Source: Burkholderiales bacterium (GTDB taxonomy: Bacteria > Pseudomonadota > Gammaproteobacteria > Burkholderiales > Casimicrobiaceae). Taken from it: a stretch of DNA of 52,570 bases. Below are positions 36,007-45,149 of this stretch, piece by piece (positions within the stretch are counted from its first letter, which is position 1; every line of letters starts with the position of its first letter). The notes under the pieces are model-generated. The model did no database searches and had not been told where the DNA came from. It worked only from the letters and a program-made list of their open reading frames with translations. The stretch spans positions 1 to 52,570 of the forward strand of contig JAYSUK010000052.1 of the NCBI GenBank assembly GCA_043719085.1. The letters run 5' to 3'. Position numbers and translations under genes: made by a program.

Positions 36007-36518
36007 GTAGGGTGGAACGCTTGCGGTTCCGCCTGCTGACACCGGCGTAGCCACTTCTAAAAGCGTGCGATCACGTTCGGCGGAACCGCTTCGCGTTCCA
36101 CCCTACGAGGTCATGCCACAGTTCACGCTAGTGAGAATTGCCAGCGAGGTAGCGAGGTAGGGTGCGCATCAAAATGCGCACCATCGTTGCACTCGAGACG
36201 TCTACGATTTGCGAAGGCGGTGCGCACTTTGGTGCACACCCTACGCATGTACAGTCGGGTAGCCAGCGTAGCCGCGATGCAGCTGCAGCGGAATCGAGGA
36301 TCGTGGCGCGGGGAAATGGCCTCGATTCCGCAAGCTTCATCGAGGCTACGAATCAGACGATGGAGTCGTAGCGTGTAGCCCGTAGGGTGGAACGCTTGCG
36401 GTTCCACCTGCTGACACCGGCGTAGCCACTTCTAAAAGCGCGCCATCACGTTCGGTGGAACCGCTTCGCGTTCCACCCTACGAGGTCATGCCACAGTTCA
36501 TGCTACTGATAATTGCCA
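36007..36518. repeat. Mosaic array of four GTAG-REP doublets
   Basis: Doublets at 36007-36106, 36157-36244, 36268-36349 and 36382-36481; 137-bp direct repeat 36007-36143 / 36382-36518. Confidence 0.9.
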
Positions 36519-36553
36519 AAGGTTCGGCGCATTGAAACGCCTTTGCGCAGCTT

Positions 36554-37189
36554 CTACTTCGCCGCTGCCATCTCTTTTTTTATAACCACTTCTTCTTCCT
36601 CACGGAAGCGACGATTGCCACACTGATCGCGCCAGGTGGCTACTAGTTGCCGGTGCGGCTCGACACGATCATTGATGGTTGTGCTGCGTTGATTCACGGC
36701 ATTGATGCGCGCGTTCAATGCCGTGATCCGTTCACGCAGTGCCGTTTGGTTTGCGTTGAAGCCTTCTATGCTTTGATTCAATGCGCGATTTCTTCCGTCG
36801 AGCGTCGCGCGATCTGCTTCTGCATCGGCTTTTTCCGCGTCGGTGTTGGCCGCTAGCGCTTTCGTAGTCTGCGCAGCCACCAGCGCGGCGATTGAGTCAC
36901 GTCCAGCAACAATCGCCGTTGAACGCGCACGAAGCTCGTCGTTGGCCTGATCCACCTCCGCCTGCTCAGCCTTCGCTGCGTCCTGATCGCGCTTAAAGGC
37001 GTCCTGCAACCGCACGATTTCGCTTGCGGTTTGCTTGTTGGCTTGTTCGAGCTTCATGCACGCGCGAAGTTCATCAATTGTCAGGATTTTGTCGGAACGC
37101 GCGGGGGCCTGAGCGAGGCTTTGGTTCACGCCAAACGTAGCCGCAAGGGCAAGTGCGCAAGCCGTTGTGCTTGAGAGATTTGTATTCAA
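36554..37189 (-). CDS. Secreted coiled-coil protein
   Basis: Signal peptide; LTIDELRAC...long heptad helix...QCGNRRFRE. Confidence 0.75.
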   Translation of the reverse strand: MNTNLSSTTACALALAATFGVNQSLAQAPARSDKILTIDELRACMKLEQANKQTASEIVRLQDAFKRDQDAAKAEQAEVDQANDELRARSTAIVAGRDSIAALVAAQTTKALAANTDAEKADAEADRATLDGRNRALNQSIEGFNANQTALRERITALNARINAVNQRSTTINDRVEPHRQLVATWRDQCGNRRFREEEEVVIKKEMAAAK

Positions 37190-37336
37190 GTTGAATCTGC
37201 GTTAATAAGATCGATGTCAAGTTGCTGACCGGTAGCCACGAGTTTACCCAGACATGGCGTGCCCGGCTTTGACGCGGCAGCGCATCATCGGCGGAAAACT
37301 AAACACACCTCTTGCTACCATAGGGTTGTGAATACA

Positions 37337-39088
37337 GTGACCGACCCTCTTTTCAGAATCTCCTTTGTGCTGCATGGTGTAGCCGCCGCGCCGGGGATTG
37401 CCATTGCCCGCGCGCAACTGGTGTCGCATGCCACGCTGGAGGTGGCGCACTATGACATTGCGCCCGAGCAGATCGACGATGAGCTACGTCGATTCGATAC
37501 GGCGCTCGCCACCGTTCGCGCTGAATTTGAGACATTGCATGAGCGCATGAAGGGCGATGACGCGCCAGCCGAGTTCGGCGCGTTTCTGGATGTGCACTGG
37601 ATGATCCTGACCGACACGCAGGTCGCGAAGGAACCCAAGCGGCTGATCACTGAGCAGTTCTGCAATGCCGAATGGGCCGTGACTCAGCAAATGAAGACAC
37701 TGGTCGAGCAGTTTGAGCAGTTTGAAGACGCTTATCTGCGCGAACGATCGCATGATGTGGTGCAGGTGGTCGAGCGTATCGTCAAGGCGCTGATGGGCAA
37801 GCCGAGCGAACTGCCGAAAATTAATCCGTTGCACGCCACGGCACTGATTGCGCATGATTTGTCACCCGCTGACGCGATTCATTTCAAGGAATCAGCGTTC
37901 GCCGCGTTCGTGACTGACGTGGGGGGCGCGACTTCGCACACTGCCATCGTTGCCCGATCGCTGGGCATTCCGGCGGTGGTCGCACTACACAACGCGCGCT
38001 CGCTGATTCGCGAGGCCGAATCGCTGATCGTGGATGGTGACAACGGTCTGGTGATCGTCAATCCGGATCATCATGTGCTCGCAGAGTACGAGCTGAAACA
38101 AAGCGGGCAGCGGCTTGAGAGAAAGAAGCTCACACGGCTGGTGGCCACGCGTGCGGTGACGCTGGATGGCACGACCATTGACCTCAACGCCAACATTGAG
38201 TTGCCTACAGACACTAAAGCTTGCCTCGAAAACGGGGCCGATGGCGTGGGCCTGTTTCGCTCTGAATTTTTGTTTCTGCATCGCGACGATTTGCCGACGG
38301 AGGACGAGCAGTTCGAGTCGTATCGCGCGGTGGTTGTGGGCTTGCAGGGACGTCCGGTCACCATCCGCACCTTCGACCTGGGTGCGGATAAACGCATGCC
38401 CGGTTTGGGTGATCGGCCGAGTGACAACCCGGCGCTGGGTTTGCGTGCCATTCGTCTGTGTCTGGCTGAGCCGAAACTCTTTATGACGCAATTACGCGCG
38501 ATTTTGCGGGCGAGCGCGTTTGGTCGGTTACGTATCCTGATTCCAATGATTTCGAATGCGCATGAGGTGAAGCAAACACTTGCCTTCATCAGTCGCGCCA
38601 AGGCGGAATTGGTGCGCGACGGCATCGCCTTTGATGCCGACGTGCCCGTGGGCGGCATGGTGGAGATTCCAGCCGCCGTGCTGTCGCTTGCCTACTTCAC
38701 CGACCACCTCGATTTTTTGTCGATTGGCACCAACGATCTGATTCAATACACGCTCGCCATTGACCGTACCGATGACGCCGTGGCGCACCTCTATGACCCA
38801 CTGCATCCGGCGGTGCTAAAGCTCATCGCGCAGGCCATTCGCACCTCAGCGAAGGCAAATACGCCGATTGCGGTGTGTGGCGAAATGGCGGGTGAGCTGC
38901 GCTTGACGCGCCTTTTGCTTGGCTTCGGACTGCGCAATTTTTCGATGCATCCGGCGCAATTGCTGGCCATCAAGCAGCGCATTCTGACCTCCAGCATTGC
39001 TGATTGCGAGGCAGTTGCGAACCGGATTTTGCGCACCGATGATCCCGACAAAATCGCGGCCGCGCTGGCCAGGCTAAACGCCCTGTAG
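37337..39088 (+). CDS. ptsI: PEP-protein phosphotransferase (PTS enzyme I)
   Basis: GGATSHTAIVAR phospho-His, GLFRSEF, RTFDLGADK, NPALGLRAIR, SIGTNDL, VCGEMAG; start uncertain. Confidence 0.94.
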   Translation: MTDPLFRISFVLHGVAAAPGIAIARAQLVSHATLEVAHYDIAPEQIDDELRRFDTALATVRAEFETLHERMKGDDAPAEFGAFLDVHWMILTDTQVAKEPKRLITEQFCNAEWAVTQQMKTLVEQFEQFEDAYLRERSHDVVQVVERIVKALMGKPSELPKINPLHATALIAHDLSPADAIHFKESAFAAFVTDVGGATSHTAIVARSLGIPAVVALHNARSLIREAESLIVDGDNGLVIVNPDHHVLAEYELKQSGQRLERKKLTRLVATRAVTLDGTTIDLNANIELPTDTKACLENGADGVGLFRSEFLFLHRDDLPTEDEQFESYRAVVVGLQGRPVTIRTFDLGADKRMPGLGDRPSDNPALGLRAIRLCLAEPKLFMTQLRAILRASAFGRLRILIPMISNAHEVKQTLAFISRAKAELVRDGIAFDADVPVGGMVEIPAAVLSLAYFTDHLDFLSIGTNDLIQYTLAIDRTDDAVAHLYDPLHPAVLKLIAQAIRTSAKANTPIAVCGEMAGELRLTRLLLGFGLRNFSMHPAQLLAIKQRILTSSIADCEAVANRILRTDDPDKIAAALARLNAL

Positions 39089-39133
39089 CGCTTGATGCGC
39101 GCGCATCACGAAAAATTCGGTATCATCGTGGCA

Positions 39134-39215
39134 TCGCCGATTTGAAGATACAGCTTGCGGGCGAGACAGGTTCAAGGACTTAAAACTTCCAGAGCCGGTC
39201 AAAATTGCTAAAGCG
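39134..39215 (+). ncRNA. SAM-II riboswitch aptamer (long-loop variant)
   Basis: TCGCCGATTTG...GCTTGCGGGCGA...AAAATTGCTAAAG; P1 TCGCC/GGCGA; upstream of metX. Confidence 0.72.
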
Positions 39216-39252
39216 AACCCGGAGTTGCAATCCTCTCCCCGTCGCATGACAC

Positions 39253-39293
39253 AAGCCCGCAAGCCAATAATCATCAGGCTTCCGGGCTTTTTT
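39253..39293 (+). terminator. Riboswitch-linked intrinsic terminator
   Basis: AAGCCCGCAAGCC...GGCTTCCGGGCTTTTTT ending 7 bp before the metX ATG. Confidence 0.75.
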
Positions 39294-39300
39294 CTTGACT

Positions 39301-40440
39301 ATGTTTCCTGCTTTCGACTCCGTTGGTTACGCCTCGCCGCAACAAATAGCGTTTGAGCAGCCGCTGATTTTTGCCTCTGGCGCGCGGCTTCCTCGCTACG
39401 ACTTGACTGTTGAGACGTATGGCGAGCTAAACGCTGCGCGGACAAACGCGGTGCTGGTGTGCCACGCATTGTCGGGCCACCATCACGTGGCGGGCTTCTA
39501 CAAAGATGCGCCCGATCCTGCAAAGTCGGAAGGCTGGTGGGACAACCTGATCGGGCCCGGCCGTCCACTCGACACGCGCAAGTTTTTCGTGATCGGTGTC
39601 AACAATCTTGGCGGCTGCCACGGCTCTACCGGCCCGAGCACCATCAACCCGGCGACGGGTCAACGCTTCGGCAGCGACTTCCCGATTGTCACGGTGACTG
39701 ATTGGGTGCGTGCGCAGACGCGCCTGGCCGATCATTTTGGCATTGAGTCATTCGCCGCGATTCTCGGCGGATCGCTCGGCGGCATGCAGGCAATTCAGTG
39801 GTCGATTGATTTTCCAGAGCGGGTGCGCAACGTTTTGGCCATCGCCGCTGCACCGAAACTATCCGCCGAAAACATCGGTTTCAACGAGGTGGCCCGGCAG
39901 GCGATTCGCACCGATCCTGATTTTCACGACGGCCATTTTTATCAGCATGATGTGGTGCCCAAACGCGGGCTTCGGCTGTCGCGCATGCTCGGCCATTTGA
40001 CCTATTTGTCAGATGATTTGATGGGTGAAAAGTTTGGCCGATCACTCAAAGGCGAGGACTATCAATTTGGCTTTGAAGCCGAGTTTGAGGTGGAAAAGTA
40101 TCTGCGCTATCAAGGCGACAAATTCGCCGGATACTTCGATGCCAACACCTATCTATTGATGACGCGCGCGCTCGATTATTTCGACCCCGCGCTGGCGTTC
40201 AACGGTGACCTTGCGGCCGCATTCGCGAAGAGCACGGCCAAATATTTCATCGCCGCGTTCACCAGTGACTGGCGCTTTTCGCCGGCGCGCTCGAAGGAAA
40301 TAGTCAGCGCGCTGCTCGCCAACAAACACGATGTGAGTTTTGCCGAAATTGAATCGGTGGAAGGCCACGATTCATTCCTGATGCCCATTACGCAGTATCA
40401 CGCGCTGCTGCGCGCAACCTTCGACGGGATTAAGGTATGA
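39301..40440 (+). CDS. metX: Homoserine O-acyltransferase
   Basis: [44 protein letters not shown]. Confidence 0.96.
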   Translation: MFPAFDSVGYASPQQIAFEQPLIFASGARLPRYDLTVETYGELNAARTNAVLVCHALSGHHHVAGFYKDAPDPAKSEGWWDNLIGPGRPLDTRKFFVIGVNNLGGCHGSTGPSTINPATGQRFGSDFPIVTVTDWVRAQTRLADHFGIESFAAILGGSLGGMQAIQWSIDFPERVRNVLAIAAAPKLSAENIGFNEVARQAIRTDPDFHDGHFYQHDVVPKRGLRLSRMLGHLTYLSDDLMGEKFGRSLKGEDYQFGFEAEFEVEKYLRYQGDKFAGYFDANTYLLMTRALDYFDPALAFNGDLAAAFAKSTAKYFIAAFTSDWRFSPARSKEIVSALLANKHDVSFAEIESVEGHDSFLMPITQYHALLRATFDGIKV

Positions 40441-41033
40441 GCGCCTACGTTCGCCCCGATTTTGATGTGGTCACCGCATGGGTACCGCATGGCGCATCGG
40501 TGCTCGATTTGGGCTGTGGCGATGGCGAATTGCTGGTGCGATTGCAGCGCGAGCGCGGCATCAAGGGCTATGGCGTGGAGATTGACGATGCGGGGGTATT
40601 AGCTTGTCTGGAGCGCGGTCTCAACGTGTTGCAAGCCAACATCGAGAGCGGCCTGAATCTGTTTGATGATGCGGCGTTTGACGTAGTGATTTTGTCGCAG
40701 ACCTTGCAGGCCACAAGGCACACCGAGGCCTTAGTGCGCGAGGTGCTGCGTGTGGGCAAAAGCGCTATAGTGACGCTGCCGAATTTTGGGCATTGGTCTG
40801 TTCGCTGGCAGCTGGGCGTGGGTGGCCGCATGCCGGTGTCAAAGCGCTTGCCCTATCAGTGGTACGACACGCCGAACGTGCACTTTTCAACCATCAAGGA
40901 TTTTGATGTGTTTTGTGTGGAAAAGGGAATCGCCGTGGAGCGCCGCGCGGCGTTGGCCGGAGGCCACGAGGTGACGTTTTTACCGAACGTACGCGGCGAG
41001 ACGGCGGTGTTTCAGATTCGGGGCGTACGGTAG
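40437..41033 (+). CDS. metW: Methionine biosynthesis protein MetW
   Basis: [31 protein letters not shown]; coupled to metX. Confidence 0.95.
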   Translation: MSAYVRPDFDVVTAWVPHGASVLDLGCGDGELLVRLQRERGIKGYGVEIDDAGVLACLERGLNVLQANIESGLNLFDDAAFDVVILSQTLQATRHTEALVREVLRVGKSAIVTLPNFGHWSVRWQLGVGGRMPVSKRLPYQWYDTPNVHFSTIKDFDVFCVEKGIAVERRAALAGGHEVTFLPNVRGETAVFQIRGVR

Positions 41034-41039
41034 TTTTTT

Positions 41040-41064
41040 GTAGGGTGGGCACTCCGTGCCCACC
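41040..41064. repeat. Single GTAG-family REP
   Basis: GTAGGGTGGGCAC-tcc-GTGCCCACC; same class as 42648-42672. Confidence 0.75.
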
Positions 41065-41082
41065 ATCACGCATCTCGTACGT

Positions 41083-41574
41083 TTACTTCACCGTAATCGT
41101 GATCCGCTCGCTCATTACTATCGGGTGATGCGGGATATGGTTTTGGTCGCCCATCAGCAGTTGCAACGTGTGTTTGCCGGGGGTCATTGCAAGGGTGACC
41201 TCAGTTTGGCCGAGGCCGAAATGGCGATGCTGATCGCTGGTGGGAATCGGCGCGTTAACGTCGAGTGAGGCCACGTCGACCAGCAAATGGTGATGTCCGG
41301 TGCCCGCTTTTTCAATGCCCGCCGGAGCCACCCCCATGCCGCGCAATCCGAACTGAATATTCACCGGCGAGCTGACCACGTCTCCGTTCTTCAGATTGGC
41401 GAAATACAACGCGGAGCCTGGCGTTGCGGCCACTTTGACGTACCCCGCAGCGAGTGTGGGAACGCTCACATTCACTTGCATCGGCGCTGTGGGTGCCACC
41501 GACATCACCGGCGCCTGATTGTTGGCACAGCCAACCATGGCTAATACCAGCGCAGATAACAGGACGTACTTCAT
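41083..41574 (-). CDS. DUF4399-like lipoprotein
   Basis: Lipobox MVGC; FGLRGMGVAPAG, TGHHHLLVD, HFGLGQTE, PGKHTLQL. Confidence 0.85.
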   Translation of the reverse strand: MKYVLLSALVLAMVGCANNQAPVMSVAPTAPMQVNVSVPTLAAGYVKVAATPGSALYFANLKNGDVVSSPVNIQFGLRGMGVAPAGIEKAGTGHHHLLVDVASLDVNAPIPTSDQHRHFGLGQTEVTLAMTPGKHTLQLLMGDQNHIPHHPIVMSERITITVK

Positions 41575-41874
41575 TGCAAACTCCACTTTTCCTACGATTT
41601 CGAAGCCGCGAGCCTAGCAGAGTCCTGCCCTCAAAGCGAGAGGGCTAACGGCAGTGCAAACGACATAAGCCGGGCGTGGTGAGGCGATCGGGTGGGCGTG
41701 ATCGCTGCCATGAAACTACGCTTACTTGAATCATCCCGCGACTAACGCCAGGCCGCGCGGTTTGTCGGCGCGCAGAGAATGAGCGGCTGTCAACCCGGAT
41801 TGAAAGGTGCAAAACCGGTTGTCAACCGTTAGCATTCAGCGCTACGCCGATCGACCATTTTGAGCGCTCAACCG

Positions 41875-42459
41875 ATGAAGCAATTGCCTACACCGCCCTC
41901 GTTCACCCGCATTGCAATGGCGGCACTATCTGCGCTGTTGGTTACCGGTTGTCAAACGCTGATGGACGACAAAAAGCCCATCATCGCGATTGCGGAAATC
42001 AAACCCACGACGTCAGCGGTGGCCGCAAAACTAAGCCCAACGGGCGTGGTGACGTTGACCCAGGTGGCAGGCCACAAAGTGCTGGTGAAAGCAGTGATTA
42101 CAGGGCTCAAGCCGTTTGCGGAGCACGGCTTTCACGTGCATGCGGTGCCCGACTGTTCGGGCGATGCAATGGGCACCGGAGGGCACTTCAACCCCGATGC
42201 TCATCCGCACGGTGACCCGGCGCACATCTTGCGCCACGCCGGAGCCATGTTCAACATGAAGGCCGACGCGCAGGGCGTGGCCACCACCCGGCAAGAGCTT
42301 GACACGGTGATGCTGAGCGCGGGCCGCCATAGCATCGTGGACCTGCCGATCATCGTGCATCGGGATGCAGATGACTACGTGTCGCAGCCGCTGGGCAATG
42401 CCGGCCCCAGAGTGGGCTGCGGACTGATTAAGGTGCAGGAAACCACGGTGAAAAAATAA
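41875..42459 (+). CDS. sodC: Cu,Zn superoxide dismutase family lipoprotein
   Basis: Lipobox VTGC; HGFHVH, GGHFNP, HG, RHAG, IIVH, GNAGPRVGCG. Confidence 0.9.
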   Translation: MKQLPTPPSFTRIAMAALSALLVTGCQTLMDDKKPIIAIAEIKPTTSAVAAKLSPTGVVTLTQVAGHKVLVKAVITGLKPFAEHGFHVHAVPDCSGDAMGTGGHFNPDAHPHGDPAHILRHAGAMFNMKADAQGVATTRQELDTVMLSAGRHSIVDLPIIVHRDADDYVSQPLGNAGPRVGCGLIKVQETTVKK

Positions 42460-42460
42460 C

Positions 42461-42574
42461 AGCTTTTTGCTAACGCCCTTATTTTATGTGGGCTAAAGCA
42501 TTAAAAATCTACAAGTTGACTTAATGGATTTTGAGCGCATAGCCCCAGTAAACCGTAGCTTTCAGCGCAAAGCC
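42461..42574. repeat. 114-bp dyad element, copy C
   Basis: AGCTTTTTGCTAACG...GGGCTA...GTTGAC...TAGCCC...TTTCAGCGCAAAGCC. Confidence 0.8.
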
Positions 42575-42580
42575 GTTGGC

Positions 42581-42672
42581 GTAAGGTAAGCACCCTGCCC
42601 ACCAAACCGTCGCCAAAAGCACCCGTCATTCGTTCTACCCGCCGCTCGGTGGGCACGGGGTGCCCACCCTAC
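42581..42672. repeat. GTAG-family REP doublet (left arm degenerate)
   Basis: GTAAGGTAAGCACCCTGCCCACC ... GGTGGGCACGGGGTGCCCACCCTAC. Confidence 0.7.
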
Positions 42673-42683
42673 GAACGGCGAAA

Positions 42684-43247
42684 CTACCCCGCGTTTTTTA
42701 CGGCAAATTGCGCGACACGTGCGCCGAACGCCTCAGCCGTTTTGAAGTCGCTGGCAGCGATGCCTTCTACGCCCTGATCGACGTTCGCCTGCGACATCAG
42801 GCCAGTCGCCGAGCCAAGCCTGTTCAGATCCTCGACACTTCCTTTGCTGTTGTTGTTGCCAGGCATCATGCCGGTGCCAACCCAGATCATCCCTTGCTGC
42901 ATGGCAAACGTGACGAACTGATTCAGAGTCGAGAGCTTGTCTCCCGACTGTGAGCCCGACACCGTAAAACCGGCCGCGACTTTATCTTTCCAGCCCATCG
43001 TGAACCAGACTTTGCTCGAGGCATCCATGAAAGCTTTCATGGGGGCTGACGCCGAACCCATGTACGTGGGCGCGCCGAAGATGATGGCGTCAGCCTTGGC
43101 CAACGTATCCCAGCTCGTGTCCGCATCGGCGACACTGATGAAGTGAGCAGTCACGCCCGAGACGCTTGCGACGCCCTTGTTGACAGCCTCAGCGATGGCC
43201 TTGGTATGGCCGTAGCCGGAGTGATAGACGATTGCAACTGATGCCAT
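42684..43247 (-). CDS. WrbA-like flavodoxin-fold protein
   Basis: YHSGYGHT, FGAPTYMG, WKDKVAAGFT.SG..SGDK. Confidence 0.9.
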   Translation of the reverse strand: MASVAIVYHSGYGHTKAIAEAVNKGVASVSGVTAHFISVADADTSWDTLAKADAIIFGAPTYMGSASAPMKAFMDASSKVWFTMGWKDKVAAGFTVSGSQSGDKLSTLNQFVTFAMQQGMIWVGTGMMPGNNNSKGSVEDLNRLGSATGLMSQANVDQGVEGIAASDFKTAEAFGARVAQFAVKNAG

Positions 43248-43281
43248 GATGATTTCCTGTTTGATGAAAAAGTGACTTTAC

Positions 43282-43344
43282 TGTGGGAGCGGTTCCACCG
43301 CGATTGGTGCCTTGGCGGCCTTTCGCGGTGGAACCGCTCCCACA
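43282..43344. repeat. GTGG/GTAG-family REP doublet
   Basis: TGTGGGAGCGGTTCCACCGCGA...TCGCGGTGGAACCGCTCCCACA; first 22 nt identical to the copy at 9351. Confidence 0.85.
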
Positions 43345-43361
43345 AAGAGGATTGAAAGAAA

Positions 43362-44069
43362 TTATTGGAGCTGCCCGAGATCAAACAGAAGCACTTCGGC
43401 TTGTTCGCCGTTCTCGATACGTATGTTGGGTTCGTTTTCGACTTTGACGGCGTCGCCTTCTTTCAACGCGATGCCGTTGACTGTGACCGCGCCACGTGCG
43501 ACGTGAACGTAAGCCTGACGGCCCGCTGCGACCGAATGCACGATTGATTCCGCACCATCGAACAAGCCTGCATACATGAGTGCGTCTTGCTGGATCGTCA
43601 CCGAACCTTGCGCGCCGTCGGGCGACGCTACGAGCCGCAATTTGCCACGCTTGTCGGCGGCGTCATAAAACTTCTGCTCGTACGACGCTGGCCCCCCGGT
43701 GCGATTCGGGATGATCCAGATTTGCAGCAGATGCGTGCGCTCGTCTTTACGCGGATTGAATTCGCTGTGTCGGATACCGGTGCCCGCGCTCATGCGTTGC
43801 ACTTCGCCGGGCACGATTTCGCCGTTGTTGCCCAGCGAATCCTTGTGCGCCACCGCACCCTCAAGCACGTAGGTGATGATCTCCATGTCTTTGTGACCGT
43901 GCGTGCCAAAGCCTTGACCCGGCGCGATGTAGTCGTCATTAATCACCCGCAATGGCCCGAAATGCACATGCTGGTCGTCCTGATATTCAGCGAAAGAAAA
44001 GCTGAATCGGCTTTGCAGCCAGCCGTGGTCGGCTTTACCGCGATCTTCGGATTTTCTGATTGTCAACAT
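43362..44069 (-). CDS. Pirin family protein (YhhW-like)
   Basis: HGWL.S.FSF, FGPLRVINDD, GFGTHGHKDMEI, MSAGTGIRHSEFN, LQIWI. Confidence 0.93.
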   Translation of the reverse strand: MLTIRKSEDRGKADHGWLQSRFSFSFAEYQDDQHVHFGPLRVINDDYIAPGQGFGTHGHKDMEIITYVLEGAVAHKDSLGNNGEIVPGEVQRMSAGTGIRHSEFNPRKDERTHLLQIWIIPNRTGGPASYEQKFYDAADKRGKLRLVASPDGAQGSVTIQQDALMYAGLFDGAESIVHSVAAGRQAYVHVARGAVTVNGIALKEGDAVKVENEPNIRIENGEQAEVLLFDLGQLQ

Positions 44070-44155
44070 GGCAATTTATCTTCGGCTTTCGGTTGATACA
44101 AAGTAGATTATGGTGATCAACAAAGGTGCACATAAGCTTGCGGAACTGACGCACT

Positions 44156-44174
44156 TGTTCAAAAATATCGAACA
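44156..44174. promoter_or_regulatory. LysR T-N11-A box
   Basis: TGTTC-N9-GAACA dyad overlapping the LysR start, in the divergent pirin/LysR region. Confidence 0.6.
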
Positions 44175-45067
44175 TGTTGAAAATCACCCTTGAATCGCTG
44201 GAAATTCTCGACGCCATCGCACGTCACGGCAGCTTTGGTCGTGCGGCGGACGAACTGGGCCGCGTGCCCTCAGCCATCACTTATGCGGTGCGCAAACTGG
44301 AGGACGATCTCGATACGCTGATCTTTGACCGATCGGGCTATCGTGCTGAGCTAACCGCGACCGGCAAAGTGCTGCTGGAGCAAGGCCGCGCGCTGCTGCA
44401 ACAGGCAGACCTGTTGCAATCGCACATCGCGCAAACTGCCAAAGGCTGGGAGCTCGAGCTACGTATCGTGCTCGACGCAATCCTGCCCTGGAGCTGGCTG
44501 CAACCGCATGTGGACGCCTATTTTGCCGACGCTTGTTCAGCGAAATTGCGTATCCGTGAAGAGGCGCTCGTCGGCTCGTGGGAAGCGTTGCTCGACGGAC
44601 GCGCTGAGCTGGTGATCGGCGCAACCAGCGATCCGCCATCGGGCGTCGGCATCAGCACGCAACCCTTGTTCAACGTGCCGTTCGAATACTGCGTGTCACC
44701 TAATCATCCACTGGCCGAGGCACCCGAGCCGCTTAGCGACGAGCAGCTCAAAGCGCACCGGGCCATCGTACTCGGAGACAGCGCGCGGCACCTGCCGCTG
44801 CGCACCAGTGGCTTGCTGTCTGGGCAGGACACCTTGGTTGTGCCGTCGATGCAGGCGAAGATTAACTCGCAGATTGCGGGGCTCGGCAGTGGCTATCTGG
44901 CGAGCTGGTTTGCGCGACCTTATCTGCAAGACAAAACGCTCGTCAGCAAGCGGGTAAATGAGAGCAAGCCGGTCGGTGGCGTCGTGCTCGCGTGGAAGAG
45001 CGGCAATCGGGGGCGCGCGCTGACATGGTGGCGCGAGCGGCTGCGCGATGCGAAGCCGCCCAGGTAA
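44174..45067 (+). CDS. LysR-family regulator (YhaJ-like)
   Basis: GSFGRAADELGRVPSAITYAVRKLE...FDRSG; divergent from pirin and WrbA-like genes. Confidence 0.92.
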   Translation: MLKITLESLEILDAIARHGSFGRAADELGRVPSAITYAVRKLEDDLDTLIFDRSGYRAELTATGKVLLEQGRALLQQADLLQSHIAQTAKGWELELRIVLDAILPWSWLQPHVDAYFADACSAKLRIREEALVGSWEALLDGRAELVIGATSDPPSGVGISTQPLFNVPFEYCVSPNHPLAEAPEPLSDEQLKAHRAIVLGDSARHLPLRTSGLLSGQDTLVVPSMQAKINSQIAGLGSGYLASWFARPYLQDKTLVSKRVNESKPVGGVVLAWKSGNRGRALTWWRERLRDAKPPR

Positions 45068-45149
45068 GCGGCCAGACTGCATCACCAACCCGCAGCGTCA
45101 ATAATCCCCTGAAGGGCGGACGACCGCAGGTCAATCCGCCCGGAGTCGG

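Noticed and set aside
36007-36518. Possible CRISPR array or small ORFs
   Set aside because: Units are inverted REP doublets of different classes, not constant direct repeats with unique spacers; no cas genes
37337-39088. ptsI without adjacent ptsH/EIIA
   Set aside because: Partners may be elsewhere in the genome; the protein itself looks canonical
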